60,562 bases of DNA, filler included, from Sphacelaria rigidula (GCA_964200075.2; 10 parts of 10 records of this genome joined end to end with filler, not necessarily neighbours in it); one strand, 5' to 3'. Shown: positions 46,201-59,398, numbered from the whole stretch's first letter. Numbers and translations are program-made. Notes: a model not told the origin generated them from the sequence alone.

Positions 46201-47721
46201 TCCACTTCTCGGAGCGTGGCAGTACAGTGCTCCGACTTTTTTTCATATCCGGCGAGCCCACAGCCGGATGTTGTGTAACCGGAAATACTTACCCCCCGAA
46301 CGTCCATTGATGATGCCGAGGCCACAATTGTAAGCGGTCTTGGGAATCTTCATTATTCCCATACTTGATCCATCATGGCAGATATCTTTGCTGACCACGA
46401 TAGAATCAGGTGGAGTTTACGACAATTACCGATTGCGTCGGGGCTGAAAACGCAAGGTGTGTGTACCGACGGCCTCATTATGCACCCCCCCTCCCCTGGT
46501 CCGGCGGAAACCCGGAGTGCTCCGTCCCGGTTTTGTAGGGGGCGGACCCCCCTATGGGGGTGGCGTCAGTTGGCGATGACGCTGTACAACACGCCACTCA
46601 TTGCGTATGCTCGGAAACGAGGTTATCGTTTTTATTGCGGTAACCGTGATGGCATGCAAGATCATGAGTACACCCACCCCCTCCCCCCACGGATGCGAGG
46701 TCAATGGTCTGATGACTATGGCAAGCATGATCATGAGTACACCCCCCTCCCCCCACGGGGTTGCCCCACTTGGTTTGATTGGCTGATAGTTGCACCTCAA
46801 CTGAACATTTAATAAAGGGCAATGGCCTAGGAAATGTATAACTTCTCGTATTTTGCCTTAGAAAGCTACTAAAAATGAACAGAAACGCGAAAACAGCATA
46901 ACACACAATCTAGACCGATTTCGCTCCGAAGCTTTCACGCACAGCAATCCCGGGGCTCTTCGGCACCCGGGGCTAAAAAAATCCCCGAAAAAAGCGTTAC
47001 TCGCGAGATATAGCCATGCGCAGAAGGACGTCTAGCCTCCAGAAACTGTTTCCCCTTCCTGGGGCAAATTTGGGCCAGGTATACCTGATGTAGGGATTCC
47101 TTTTTAATCCCACCTTTTCTGGACCACCAGTCGGCTGAGAAGCTATCTGTCCTTGGCCGTCGCTTCCCATACTTTACCTGATCTGAATCACCAAATCCAC
47201 CATTTTTCAGGCCTGATCGCTCAACAAAGAGAAGGAAACAAAAGTTCACCGGTGGTAAAAAATGTCTCCACGCAATTTTTGCGCCATTCCACGTGCCTAG
47301 GCTGCGCGTACCTGGGTTGCAACGCTGAAAACAAAGCGCAAGGATTGATTCGTACGGTACGAATCAATCGCACTAAAATCAAGTAATTTCGAAACGAATC
47401 ACGAACTCGTCCAACCCGCGTAAGCGTCCATCGCTGTCGGGAACTGATGCGAAAGTAGCTCCTGGTCCGGATCAGTATTCTAATGACAAGTAATATCCAG
47501 GTAGCCCATGAGCTGTCCGGCGTGTGGAACTGTTGCAGAGCCGACAAATCAATGTAAAGAACACGACAAATAAAGAACATGAATTGTGCGTTGTGTACTA
47601 CTGCAACTTTTTTTTATTGTGCTTGCCCCTTCCCTCCTTCCCTTCTTCCATCCTTCCCTTCTTTCCCCGCGTTTTCATCCTTCCTCGCCGTAACTTTTTT
47701 TTCTTTCCTCTTGTCACTCAG

Positions 47722-47847
47722 CGGTCGTTCTCCTTGGGTCAAGTGAAGAGCCTGGTGCAACAGCTGTTGCTCGCCACGGAATACATGCACCGACATTGGT
47801 ACATCCACCGCGACCTCAAGACCTCCAACCTGCTCTACAACCACCAG
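47722..47847 (+). CDS. CDK11: CDK11 exon (RSFSLGQVKSLVQQLLLATEYMHRHWYIHRDLKTSNLLYNHQ)
   Basis: HRDLKTSNLL catalytic loop typical of CDK11; actcag acceptor and CAG|gtattt donor. The gene continues beyond the contig. Confidence 0.92.
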
Positions 47848-47914
47848 GTATTTCTTTTGTGTGTGTGTTAATCATGACTCACCTCCATATACTGTAGTAA
47901 CCGCTTGTCGACGG

Positions 47915-48215
47915 GATGACGCATATTCTTCGCTCGATTTTCGATGATTTTCGATGAATATTTGACACGATGTACAGGACGTTTGTGCGAATACCAAACC
48001 TTCCATCCCCTGTTTTTTTTGTTTTTTCCTCCGTGAGTTAGTAGCGACGGAACATGTCAGATCAGTTTTTATCGAAATAAAATTGTCCATGACTCACGAA
48101 GAAGGAAAACACAAAAATAGGGGATGGAAAGCTTATTATTCGCACATACGTCTTGTGCATCGTGTCAAAATTTCATCGAAAACGAGCCGAACTTGAGCGA
48201 ATAATATGCGTTTCA
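47915..48215. mobile_element. Foldback element with ~125-bp inverted arms
   Basis: acgcatattcttcgctc...tttgacacgatgtacaggacgtttgtgcgaata versus tattcgcacatacgtcttgtgcatcgtgtcaaa...gagcgaataatatgcgt. Confidence 0.75.
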
Positions 48216-51039
48216 ACATTCCTGATGGCTCCTTGGGCGGCCTAGCTCGTATGCCGCTGTCATTGGACCATTGACTTCGCATCTCTACAAAGCCGAAACG
48301 GAGCACGCCGGGGTTTCGCCGGACAACCACAAAGTACGGGGGGGATGAGGGGGGGGGGGGGGCGTACAGATTTCTTTCTTGCCTTCGTCCGTTCACATTT
48401 GACCGCAGGTCTCTTTCGAACAGGCGAAAAGNNNNNNNNNNNNNNNNNNNNNNNNNNNNNNNNNNNNNNNNNNNNTTAATTAATTAANNNNNNNNNNNNN
48501 NNNNNNNNNNNNNNNNNNNNNNNNNNNNNNNATCTACGCGATCGAGGGGCATTAGGCCGACAAAAGGTCATTGGGCACCATCGCTGAATGTGTGGGGAAA
48601 GCATTGTTTTGGGCTTAAACCTCATCTCATCGTACAACCTCATTTTATAGAAATGTCTGATGTTATGGGATGTAGAAACATGGTTTTAGTTCTATTAACA
48701 GGCTTTGTGTCCCTCCACAGCACATTCTTCCGCAGAACATTGGTCATGAACGGGGAAAATGATTACGATTATCACAACGAGGAATTGTTACGAGACTTGG
48801 GGACGGGAATTCTCGTCCCCCTCAGTCTTCAATAATCACCGTTTCTTCCCGTCTCATCCCGTCGTCTCCTTGGCGACGGGAGAATCGTTCCCGTCCCGTC
48901 TTGTCGTTTTGTTCACGTCAGGAAACCTTTCCAGTCTCATTATTATAAACTTGTGATTTGTTCACCCTTCCCTGAACTTGGCTATGATAATGTTTACGAA
49001 GAGTTTGTATAGATGTCAGACAACGACGGGTGAACGTGAGAGTGATGGAATGGATAGCCCATTCCGTCTCCGTGTTTTTTTTTGCGACGTGAAAACGGTT
49101 CAGTCCGATCCCGCCGTTTTCTTTGGCGACAAAAAGAACGATCTTATCCGGCCCCGTGAGCTTCAAGTGAACGGGAATTCGGATCCCGAAGTCTTGTGAC
49201 AAGCCCTGCCTTGTTTGTTGCTGCCTACCATTTTCCCATTGCCGTATCGACTTGTTTCTTTCACGTGAAACGAGGTCCCACGTTATTCCTGTCGGTCCAT
49301 CACAAGTTTCTCGGAGATCTACCGAGAAATTATTTTCGGTTCCGAAGAGGATAGCAGGAGCGCGTATCAAACGTCGTATCGTAGGCCTTCCTCATGAAAC
49401 TAAATTCCAAAACCTTTGGCAGAGACAGACGGTGCTTGTACCCAGCCTGTTTCGTGCCTGTCGCGCTGCACGGAGTCCCGACCTTGACTGATACAGAATG
49501 GTGGGCACATAAATCAGAACGTGGGATTTATTTTGTCAGAAAATGAGTGGGTTTCGCCTTTTCCCCCCGTCCCCGAGCAGGTATGATGGTTGTATGCTAC
49601 TGATCTACGAGTTGAGGTTAACACAACAAACGCTGTTATTCGAGTTGATGCTTCCACACACAGTGTTCCTCCCTTTTCATCATTCATTGACTGTCGTACA
49701 TGAACTGAAGATCGGCTATAAATCCAACCAACCGTGATTGATAGGGTTGGGTACTGGCGCAGCCAGCCAGAATCCGGTATACTGGATCCGAGTAGTACAC
49801 TGGTGGCGCGGCGAAGCCGCAACCAGCGCCCCCCCCCCCCCCGGCTGGTGAGGGGGCCCGGACGGGGAGGCGTCCCCGGAGGGCCCCGCTGGAGGCGCTC
49901 CGCCGGAGGAGCTTTTTCACGCGATTTGGCTTCACTAGAGCCTAAAACCTGAGTGGTTTTTGATCAACCTAAGATGCACTATTTCGGGAGACAACGTCTA
50001 TAGTACAACGTCCAAATGAATTGTTTTCAACCCAAGGAAAATGTGGAGATAGAAAAATGAAAATGTGCCACAAATGTTGCGATGCTCATCAACTCTAGCA
50101 TCGATGTGAGGCTTACACATGATTTTGTTGCAATTGCAGTGTCTGGTGTTTCTTTCAGTTTAAGACAAGTACAGAGTAGTGCTTCAGACTTCCGAAGAAA
50201 AAATGGAGAGAGCAGGTCTATAGTAGCTCTTGACGGCACAAGGCGTGAGCACCCTTCATTACTGGTCATAGAACAGCCCCTCTCACACAAAAAACAAAGC
50301 GAAAGACGCAGCAGCTCTGAACGTGCATCAACACCGCATCTGCTGACGCAGCGGGTGCAGCTGTCGATGCAGCAGGCCCCGCGGTACCACCACCGCCGGG
50401 ATCTGCTGCCGGTGGACCGCCAGATCTAGAAAACCTTTGCATCGTTCTAATGATCTCCTGCTGTGTGCTGCGTGTACTTTGTGCGGTGTGTGTTCTCTCC
50501 TTTGAGGCGGCGTGGTGGCGTAAGCTCGACGGGTTTCCGCTGCTTTTTTTGGCGTGTTGAGGGGCGTACGTAAGGTGTGTACGTACTGGCGGTACTGGCC
50601 TCCCGTTTGCCAGTTCTTAGAAACTGGCCAGTTCCTAAGAACTGGCAGTGCGTGCTGGTTCAGTACCCAACCCTAGTGATTGCGATCACAAGCTTAAACG
50701 TACCCAACGTGAATATGTGGAAACATTCCGCGAAGGAAGCTTGAAATTTCGAGTTGTTACCATTCAAGTCGTTTTTTTTCCCGTAGTGAAAGTCACTCGC
50801 GTTATTCCGTGTCAGCTGAAGGTAAGATAGATGGTGATTGATACCAGTTGTGTTGAGCGATGGTGTGTGGTATACCAAGTCAAGTACACATTGTGCTCCT
50901 ACTGCTTCGCCATTGTCGATTGTCGTTGTTGGTCTCAGTTTGGCCGCGCGGCATCTCGTCGTTGTCGCTTCTTGGTATAAGCTGATTATTTGGTGAGTGC
51001 TGCGCTTACGACGCGCTGCCTTTTAAACAGATGGCTACT

Positions 51040-51180
51040 GATTGATTGGTTGATTGATTGTCGCACTTTAACTGACCCCCCAGGGGTCCAGCCGTGGTCT
51101 CATGATAGACGTACCCAAGAAAAACGAAACTGAAACACGCTCTGAGAAAAAAAAGGAACAGAAAAAAAAAAGAAGGGCCG
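51040..51180 (-). repeat. Retroposon-like 3' tail ending in (CAAT)n; copies at 56970-57100 (+) and about 44745-44815 (+)
   Basis: ccacggctggaYccctg.ggggtcagttaaagtRcgacaatcaa... followed by CAAT repeats in each copy. Confidence 0.7.
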
Positions 51181-51286
51181 AACGCAACGACACCGCTTCG
51201 AAGTATGCACGCATAGGTACACGTCGCCGCCATTTTCCAGCTTTTTATGATGATGCTTCTGATCGAGATATTCCAGGCGGCCATCA

Positions 51287-52861
51287 TCAGCGAACTATCC
51301 TCCCTGCGGCGATGTCGATCCGTACCCGCCGTTCATGTCTCAGCTGAGGAGGAGAAAACCGCTCGTTCCACCGGCTGGCGCAGTCCCATGAGCAAAACAG
51401 TGCCTCGGGCCTTTTCCGAACCCGGCCAGTTGCTGCTACTTCAATATCATTCACAATATGTTTAAACCCGGGGTCTTCTCCGGCACGCATCATGTGCGAG
51501 GCCGGCGAAGTCTCTTCCGTCAAAGAGCCCTTGCGGTAGTCTTGTTGTGCGGGGTGCGTAGGAGATTCCTTGTCGCTGCTTGCTGCCCGCTCTTGTCCAA
51601 GGTCTGAAGTCCCCTCCAAGAACGCCACCTCTGTATCTGCCGGTGCAACCGCTGACGCATACGCCGGTCCTACGGGACGACGAACCTCCCTCTCGCCGAT
51701 GTCCCCCTCATCATGCTCGTAGTGGTACGTTGACCTTACTGCGGAGTTGATGCTGATGTTGCGAAACGCCCCTGCAGAGTGTGGTCGCCGCCTGTTTATA
51801 CCGCGGCTGCTGTTATTGCTGCTACTGATGCCACTCTTGCCCCGTGATCGACCTCTGCCACCATACGGCCAGATATACGCCCTGATCGGTGTTGCGCAGC
51901 CGACCATGGTTGCCGTGCCGTCCGCCCGAAACGCGCCGTCCGTGGTACAATTGTCGTCGCGTTGGTGTTGATGTTGCTGTCGGAATTGACGGCGACCACC
52001 AGAGACATGTAAGGTACTCTCTGGTGCGGTACTTTTGTGATTGTTCCCGATTCCGTCGTCATCGGTGCTGTTGGAACGCGGTCGGAGCGGTGTGTTCGTG
52101 TTGGATCGCGAGCACCAGAGACAGTGGTAGCGGGTTTTCTTGCGAGAACAGTGACGCCGTTGTGGCGCCTTACTACTACTCGTTTTATCGCTTCTGCTTC
52201 TTATTCTTGCCCCATGGCTGAAAACGTTTGGACTACTGTTCATAGTTTTACCAGCAGCGTCTTCCACCTCGTCACTCACCATCCACCGTGATAAGCGTCG
52301 AAACCATCGGCTACAGCCATCGATGCGTAGCAACTCTACACAGCCATCATCCAAATAACCTCCTGGCTGCGAAGATTCTGGCCAGCAACGTACAAGTTTC
52401 GCGGTATCTGCGGTCGTGTGTTCGCTCTCCGAGAAATCCGCGGTCAATCCGTTTCCCCCGCACCCAGTCGACAGTACTGATTCCGGGTGAGATGACAAGC
52501 TCCTACTACACGCACCATGCGCATCGCCTTGTGGTTCGTCTGATGATGTCGGCAGCTCTTGAGTGACTCTTGATTCCTCTTCCGAAAACGTGCTGAAAGA
52601 TATGTCACCGGGAACCACCGTTCCGTTTGCACAATGTCGTTGGTCATTCTCCACAAACCTCCGTTGATTGCTGTCGTGTGAATGGCAGCATTCATCTGTG
52701 CATTCAACAACCAGAGCTGTTTGGTCCAGCGCCGTTTCTATCGAATCCGTGGCGGTAGTTTTGGCGACCTCTAGCACGCTCTCTAGTCGGCGAGTATTTG
52801 GCTCCTGTATCCACCGTGAGCGATTTCTGTTCACGGGCAGATGAACGGGCGGCGGCGATGA
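51287..52861 (-). CDS. Large exon of a low-complexity S/R/G/D-rich protein of unknown function
   Basis: About 525 open codons; candidate gcaag acceptor at 52862-52863; no recognisable domain; 3' end may splice before the stop. Confidence 0.6.
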   Translation of the reverse strand, partial: SSPPPVHLPVNRNRSRWIQEPNTRRLESVLEVAKTTATDSIETALDQTALVVECTDECCHSHDSNQRRFVENDQRHCANGTVVPGDISFSTFSEEESRVTQELPTSSDEPQGDAHGACSRSLSSHPESVLSTGCGGNGLTADFSESEHTTADTAKLVRCWPESSQPGGYLDDGCVELLRIDGCSRWFRRLSRWMVSDEVEDAAGKTMNSSPNVFSHGARIRSRSDKTSSSKAPQRRHCSRKKTRYHCLWCSRSNTNTPLRPRSNSTDDDGIGNNHKSTAPESTLHVSGGRRQFRQQHQHQRDDNCTTDGAFRADGTATMVGCATPIRAYIWPYGGRGRSRGKSGISSSNNSSRGINRRRPHSAGAFRNISINSAVRSTYHYEHDEGDIGEREVRRPVGPAYASAVAPADTEVAFLEGTSDLGQERAASSDKESPTHPAQQDYRKGSLTEETSPASHMMRAGEDPGFKHIVNDIEVAATGRVRKRPEALFCSWDCASRWNERFSPPQLRHERRVRIDIAAGRIVR

Positions 52862-55075
52862 CTTGCAATGGAGTTCCATAAGCATCGATGGTGTACATAT
52901 ACACATAGTGTGTGTTGGTGAAATATACCTTCACTAGCTAAGTCCCTATTCCTTGAACGACGCCATTAGTGAGCTCGTTGACCCCGGCCCCAACGTACTG
53001 ATGATGCAAACTGCCACCGGCAAGCGATTATTATTATTGAGAAAACTTTGAGATCTTGCGGGATCTCCAAACTTTCAGAATGCAAATCTTTCTCTTCAGC
53101 GTCGGCTGTTGAACGATGAACTCACGAATAGCTACACTCGTGCTCGTGCGAGAAATGGACAATCGGCGAAGGATATGTGGTTTTGCAAACGCTCTTATGC
53201 TGCAACTTCTGACTCCAGTAGACCACACTATATGCGCTATGCGAATAGCAATATGATCCCGTTTTACATGAAGTCTTTGAGTAAGGTAACGGAATACAAA
53301 ACAGAGGAGAGATGCACCAATGGCTGTGCTGTGCTGGCACCATGATAGACTCCCGGCTCTAATGATATGCACGGGGAGGAAACGTTGCAATGGTATAGCC
53401 CCGCGTACCTACTCCGCCCGCAATTATTTTATCCTTCTGCCGACTGAAAAGGGGATTACACATTTCAATTGCTGGTACGTAGCATGCCTATTCGATCACT
53501 TGATACACCAACATATCCAAGGTGCTCTCCAATATACTACGCTTCCCGATATTGTACCCTGGAACCTTGGCACTTATATGTCATGCATTAACTGAATACA
53601 AATACTTGCAGCGAAACGTTAACTCCCGAGTATCGTCATTATTGAAACTATCGGCGAATAGTCCTATGGTAGGGAGGGGGGGGGGGATCGAATGGCACGA
53701 ACAAAATGGGCGCGGCCTCGACACTCATCACGGGCTTGTATGTGGGTGACAAAGTAGTCAACTGGCGTTACTACATACGGTATCTCCCTGCCAGGAGATT
53801 TCGGAAGATATTTGTGACTTGCAGTGACGCTTCAAAGTACCCTTCTTCTGAACCCCACACCCCCTCGGTATCGTAATTAGCCTGGTCCGGCGAAAGCCCG
53901 GCGTGCTCCGTCCCGGTTTGGTGCTGACGGATCCCCTTTGGGGTTGGCGTCGGTTGGCAATGATGCTGTAAAACACACCCCTTACTGCATAAGTTAGGCA
54001 ACCAGGTTGCCGATTATTTTGCGCCCTTGCGATTTTTTTTTTTGCGGTAAACATGGTCATCGGGCTAATTCAAATTGTGAGGGGTGGGATACCTCGACCC
54101 AACATCACACTACGTGGTCTTTATATGGTGAGACACCCATGGGGCAGTGTGTAAGCCGTGGCTGTCTCTGGAAGTGGCGAAATACCAAAAAATGAAGCAG
54201 CTCACTGGAGGCTATCATCCAAATGTAAGATTAACAGTACGCTTCGGGCCGAAAACTCTTAGCAGGACGCAGCTCACCCTTCATGCGGATCGCCGAACAT
54301 ACCACGGCGCTTCGCGCTCGGTGATTAATTGCGAGCCTGGTCCGGCGGAAACCCGGTGTGCTCCTCCCCGGCTTAGTAGGGGTGCGAGGCCAATGATCAT
54401 ATATGAGTACGGCATGCATGGTCATGAGCACCCCCCCCCCGCCCCCCCCGGTAGCAGCTAAGAAAATACTTGGATGCTCGAAAACGACGAGTAATACNNN
54501 NNNNNNNNNNNNNNNNNNNNNNNNNNNNNNNNNNNNNNNNNTTAATTAATTAANNNNNNNNNNNNNNNNNNNNNNNNNNNNNNNNNNNNNNNNNNNNCTA
54601 GAATCGTCAGGAGCCCCTGAGCTAGACAAAATTTCGCGAAAAAAGTGCACCCCTACCGTAGCATTGCTCCGACAGCTCATTATAACTATGAAAAAATAAT
54701 CGATTTGATGGTTTCGAAGCAAAAACATGTTCCCGCTCAGCACCCGCTTTTCCCCGCCTACTGGAGCAGGCTCTCAATGCCCCCCACTTAAACGTGGACG
54801 TGGCTCAATACCATCGTGCTTGACCCGCCGTGTGAAGTTGAAATCCATCTACTTCGAAACTACACAAACGTACCTAAACAGTTCGTCGACGTTCGTGTTC
54901 ACACTTCACGGACATTCAACTTCCTCGCTGCTCCCCAAAACTCGTAAATGTATATCATGAAACGAACGAGGCGATGCATTTTTGGCCATTTCTGACATCC
55001 ATTTTGTGTGCGTTCTATGGAGCGCCATGATATGTGAAATTCCACCCCCCGTCCTTCGTTGCACGACTCACGCAG

Positions 55076-55290
55076 TGGCGTGTCCTTCCGACTGCTCCGG
55101 ACACGGAAAGTGTTTGTCGATGTCCGAGGCAGCATCAGAGTGGGACGGAAGACTCCTCGTGAGACCCAACGTGGAGTATACAGCTGTCTGGGATGCTGAG
55201 ATCTTGCATGGGTGTATCTGTGACCCGGGGTGGATAGGCCACGACTGCAGTCAGCTTGAGTGCCCACAAGGGGATGATCCGCTTACGGGG
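55076..55290 (+). CDS. Mastigoneme/SIG1-like EGF-repeat protein, exon (ACPSDCSGHGKC...WDAEILHGCICDPGWIGHDCSQLECPQGDDPLTG)
   Basis: CPxDCSGHGxC...WD...GCxCDPG...CPxGDDPLT signature; cgcag acceptor and GGG|gtgcgt donor. Confidence 0.88.
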
Positions 55291-56588
55291 GTGCGTATGT
55301 AATCAGCGTCAAACGTAGTCAGCATACAAAGAAAGTACTTTAGTCAGTGCGTAATTGTGCACGGCTGTGCAGATCCCTTTCGTCGGCCTTAGAACCTCGA
55401 ATTGGTTTTTGTAAGTGCCCAACGCATGCTATACTACTAATACATCGTGCACACGTTGTGGTAGTAGCGTAATTCGGTGGAACAGAAAGCAGTGAGTTTC
55501 AAGCGGACATACTTGTTACATTCACGGAGTTGCTCGCTCTTTTGATACGAGTACCGGTAGCGAGCGAGAGTTTCCATGTGCGTCATTATCCAGGCGGTGA
55601 AGGAGTCTGACCCGCGTGGGGCGCCACACCCCAGTATTCGCAACCAAGTCACTAAAACCCACTGCCTACCCTTCGCACCCGGTGTGCTCTGGGCTGGCAC
55701 CACCAACTTTCTCTGGTTCGCTTTGAACCATCATCATATAGCCTCTTCTATGAGAGCGCAGAACTGTCCCACCAAATTCGAACCGGACGCGTTACTTGGT
55801 CCTCAGGTCGTTCTCATCGTTGTGATTTTCGCCGAATCGGTCTGAAACATGCCGAACCGCTTCACTTGCTACCGTAGTGTATCTGAAATGTACCATGCGC
55901 TATGACAGACGCCTCCCTCCATGCCTTACAAAGGCACACAACAGCACAAGTTCATACCAGGAAGGATTTTAAGTCGGCATGTCGTACATTCAAGAAATGC
56001 AATACACACCATTCAGCTACCGTCTGAGACAACATGAACATAACTACCAGGTAGCCTACAAGCACGCAAGAAGCAGTGCACTTGACCGGAGTAACTGTCG
56101 AGAGAGCGAAGAAAAATCAGATCGCGTTCTATGTACGATCATACTTGCTATTTGGATTACCGAGGCATTGAATTTAATAGTACCGGAACAACAACAACAT
56201 CCCAGAGATCACAAGAGGTATCTTAAACTCGAGATTCCCGGAATATATCACAGTAATTTAAAGTTGGATATCGGGAACCTCGAGTTTGGGATACCTATGG
56301 TCATCGTCATCAAATGCAGAAAATATCCTCATCTTCTGTGCTGGTGCCTAAGTAAGATTATTCAGTGACCGTCATCATCTTTCGCCGGACCGTCCACAAA
56401 CATCACGGCATGCTAGTCTCACACGCAGCACGGCGCTTTCAAAACTCAAACCTTGACCACAGTCATTTCCCATCGACTTCGCCCAATAATCAAGAAAGTG
56501 TAGAGGCGCAATCAAAACACCTGCAAAACAAAAACGATACTTTATGTTGGCCTCTCCAAGTAACCAAACTGACGATGACGACGAGCAG

Positions 56589-56851
56589 GGCCAACAGAAC
56601 GAAGTCGCACGCATCGTGTGTCAAGCGGACGCGGGAAGCTTCGTGTTTTCCTTCCGGGGTGTTGCGAGCGACGCCATCTCCTTCAACGCTTCCTACGGCT
56701 ACGTTGAAAAACTGCTTGAAGACATGGACACAATCTCAGACGTTGACGTGTGGATTTCTGGCGGCGGAGCTGTGTGCGGCCAGGACGGAGAAGTTGTCAC
56801 CACTGTCGAGTTTTTGCAAGAGTTCGGGGATCTCCAAGCTGCCATGGTCAG
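56589..56851 (+). CDS. Mastigoneme/SIG1-like protein, exon (GQQNEVARIVCQADAGSFVFSFRG...VEFLQEFGDL)
   Basis: ctgac branch point plus gagcag acceptor gives GDDPLTG|GQQNEV in phase; AG|gtacgg donor. Confidence 0.85.
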
Positions 56852-57609
56852 GTACGGCTAGGTTTGTCGTTGGGGCTACAGGGTCAAGGCAGGTATCTAT
56901 GTCTAGGGTTAAGGATACGGGGTGTTCCTTGTCCCTTGCTGTTCCTCACCGCAAAAATATGTTTTTTTATTTCTATTCCTTCTTTTCTTCAGAGCGTGGT
57001 TCAGTTTCGTTTTTCTTGGTTACGCCTTTCATGACACCACGGCTGGATCCCTGAGGGGTCAGTTAAAGTACGACAATCAATCAAATCAATCAAAATCAAA
57101 GTGGACAGATGAGGGGTAGGATCTTCTCAATATTTGCCGCAGAATCGTAGAGTACCGCTGTTTCGCGTGTGTCAGTGCTCTTGATTCTCAACCCTCGGTT
57201 CTGCGTCTGCGAGTATCAGAAGGCAAAGGCGATGAATATATAATATGTGTGGGTACGAACTGGCCCGGTGAGTGGAACTCTGCTCGCTCTCATTTATCCA
57301 AAAACACGCGTACCGACTCTGGAAATCTCGGAAATTTTGAATGTGGACATGAGACCACAGCAGCCTGGCAAGGAAGTAGCAATACCTGGGGATCCTCAAT
57401 TCTTATGATTGATATTCAACAGCATTGGACAGCGAAGGCATGGGCTTTTCTGAGAAAGTATCGCCGAACAAGGACTTGAAAAACGAGAGCCCATCGACAG
57501 TACGCGTATTGCACAGTGCGTTAAGCCCGATTCTCCTTGTGTACCGATCGCGGGCCTAAGTCGACAAAAATGAAACACAATAAACGTGCAACATACCACA
57601 ATTCATCAG

Positions 57610-57982
57610 CTCCGTGGATCTGGAGCTGTCAGGTGGCGACGGCAGCATATCCATGGAAACGGTGACGGAGATCACGTGCCCAGCTTGCCCGTCCTGCACG
57701 GGAGGAATCTACCTAATCTTCGACGATGAAACAACGTCGTCAATATCTCCGAACGCAAACGACCTCGAGATCGAATCTGAGATTCGACTTCTCGAAACCC
57801 TTGGCAACTCGTCGGTCTACGGGAACATGACATGGATCAACGTTTCTACCACGGCGGGAGGGGCGGGATCCTTGTGCGATGCCGGCGTATCGGTGAAGAC
57901 GAGCATTCGCTTACGTTGCCCGTACGGTAATCTCCCCGGCTTCACCCTGATCAACTCGATTCGAGACTCTGATGAGGATTTG
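57610..57982 (+). CDS. Mastigoneme/SIG1-like protein, exon (SVDLELSGG...YGNLP...DSDEDL)
   Basis: catcag acceptor (phase 2, matching the previous donor) and TTG|gtgagg donor. Confidence 0.82.
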
Positions 57983-58361
57983 GTGAGGCTTTACGACTCA
58001 GTACAAGCGCGGGTTGGGAGGTGTTGATCCATAGAGGGTGGAGGGTGCACACGTGTGGTTGCCAGCTTCCGCACGTCAGGCGTATATTTAGGAATTCAGA
58101 ACAAAAACGCGCCCCCAAGGTCCTGCAGTGAACGTATCATCACAGCGTAAGATATTACACGCTTGCAATAGTCTGTCCGTATTGATACGCAGAGTTTGCA
58201 CAAGTATATACGAAGTAAACAAGAGCTGATTAGTCGTCGTCCACATCGCGCAAACATGCCGCCAATATTGGGCCGCAAACGCTGCAGGGGCACTGTAGCA
58301 GCATCATACTCTCATCAGTATCTTCTTCCTTTGCCTGCCACCACCTCCTGCGTGTTGTCAG

Positions 58362-58646
58362 GTGTCCCTGAATTTCACGGACGGACAGGGGACGAAAGAA
58401 AACGAATACTGCAGCAACCACGGCGTATGCGATTTCGAAACGGGTACTTGCCTGTGCGATCGAAACACCACCCAGTACCCCGATGAATGGTATTGGTGGG
58501 AGAGCAGCGATGGTTACGGGGGGAGTGGCACGCGTGGGGATTGCGGATACCAGCGGGAGCAGTCCGACACAAATGTCACACAGTCTTGTCCTGTCGGGGT
58601 TGTATTTTCGGATGAAAATACGCCCACGTATGAGACCATGGATCAG
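58362..58646 (+). CDS. Mastigoneme/SIG1-like protein, exon (GTKENEYCSNHGVCDFETGTCLC...SDGYGGSGTRGDCG)
   Basis: GTKExxxCSNxGxCDxxTGxC and SDGxGxxGTRGDCG motifs; canonical splice sites; 285 nt. Confidence 0.9.
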
Positions 58647-59398
58647 GTCAGGAAGATGGAAACATGTTGCGGTCGATCGGGTCGATCCTGTCGTTTCTGC
58701 CGTTGACGCCATTGTCGTTGTTTTGTGTATGAGTGTTTGTAAGACACTGTCGCAGTGGGTTTGCGTCCGTTTCATTTCGCGTTGGTTGGAGATAATAGAA
58801 ACCAAAATTTCGTTCATTCGACGATGATTCCCGTCTGAAACTACAGCGATAGAACTAACTGTCAGGAAACCTGATTTGTTTTTGTCGCCGATTTTACGGA
58901 GGAGTGTTGCTCGCACCTACTATCTTGTGTCTTCTGTGTCGTACCGTGCGTGCATGTAACTGTACAGGGATGGGGTGTGTGACATTCAAGTGTTGTCGTT
59001 CGCTCTGTCTCTTGGGTATTTATAGTCACTGAAACGACAGTTGGGGTTTTGGTAGATCAGATATGATTTATATAGCGTATTCATGGCCGTGCCAAGACGC
59101 TACAATCATCATAACAGCGCCTTCCGGTGGGATCATGATAGGAGCAGCCGGTATCACCATCTCTCCTGCAGTTTCGTATGCTGACGTGCTCGAGCGTACC
59201 AGGAACACCTCAGCACATACTGTCCCTCGAGTTGTTACCACCACCGATCGTCAGAGGTTGAAGCTGCACGCACTAAACACAGCGTGTACGGTAATCCGAA
59301 AACCCACGCTCCCGGCTCTAATTTCCCCGGCTACGGTGGTACGGCGAACGGTTTGTACTCCCTACACTCATTTGCTGCTTCTTCTTTTCGTACGACAG

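Noticed and set aside
48740..49300. CCCGT/ACGGG-rich tract resembling hAT subterminal repeats
   Set aside because: Short motifs are clustered, but no TIR pair or 8-bp TSD could be delimited.
5968..54597. Regularly spaced TTAATTAATTAA motif every ~6066 nt
   Set aside because: Artificial six-frame-stop linker between concatenated contigs; not biological periodicity.
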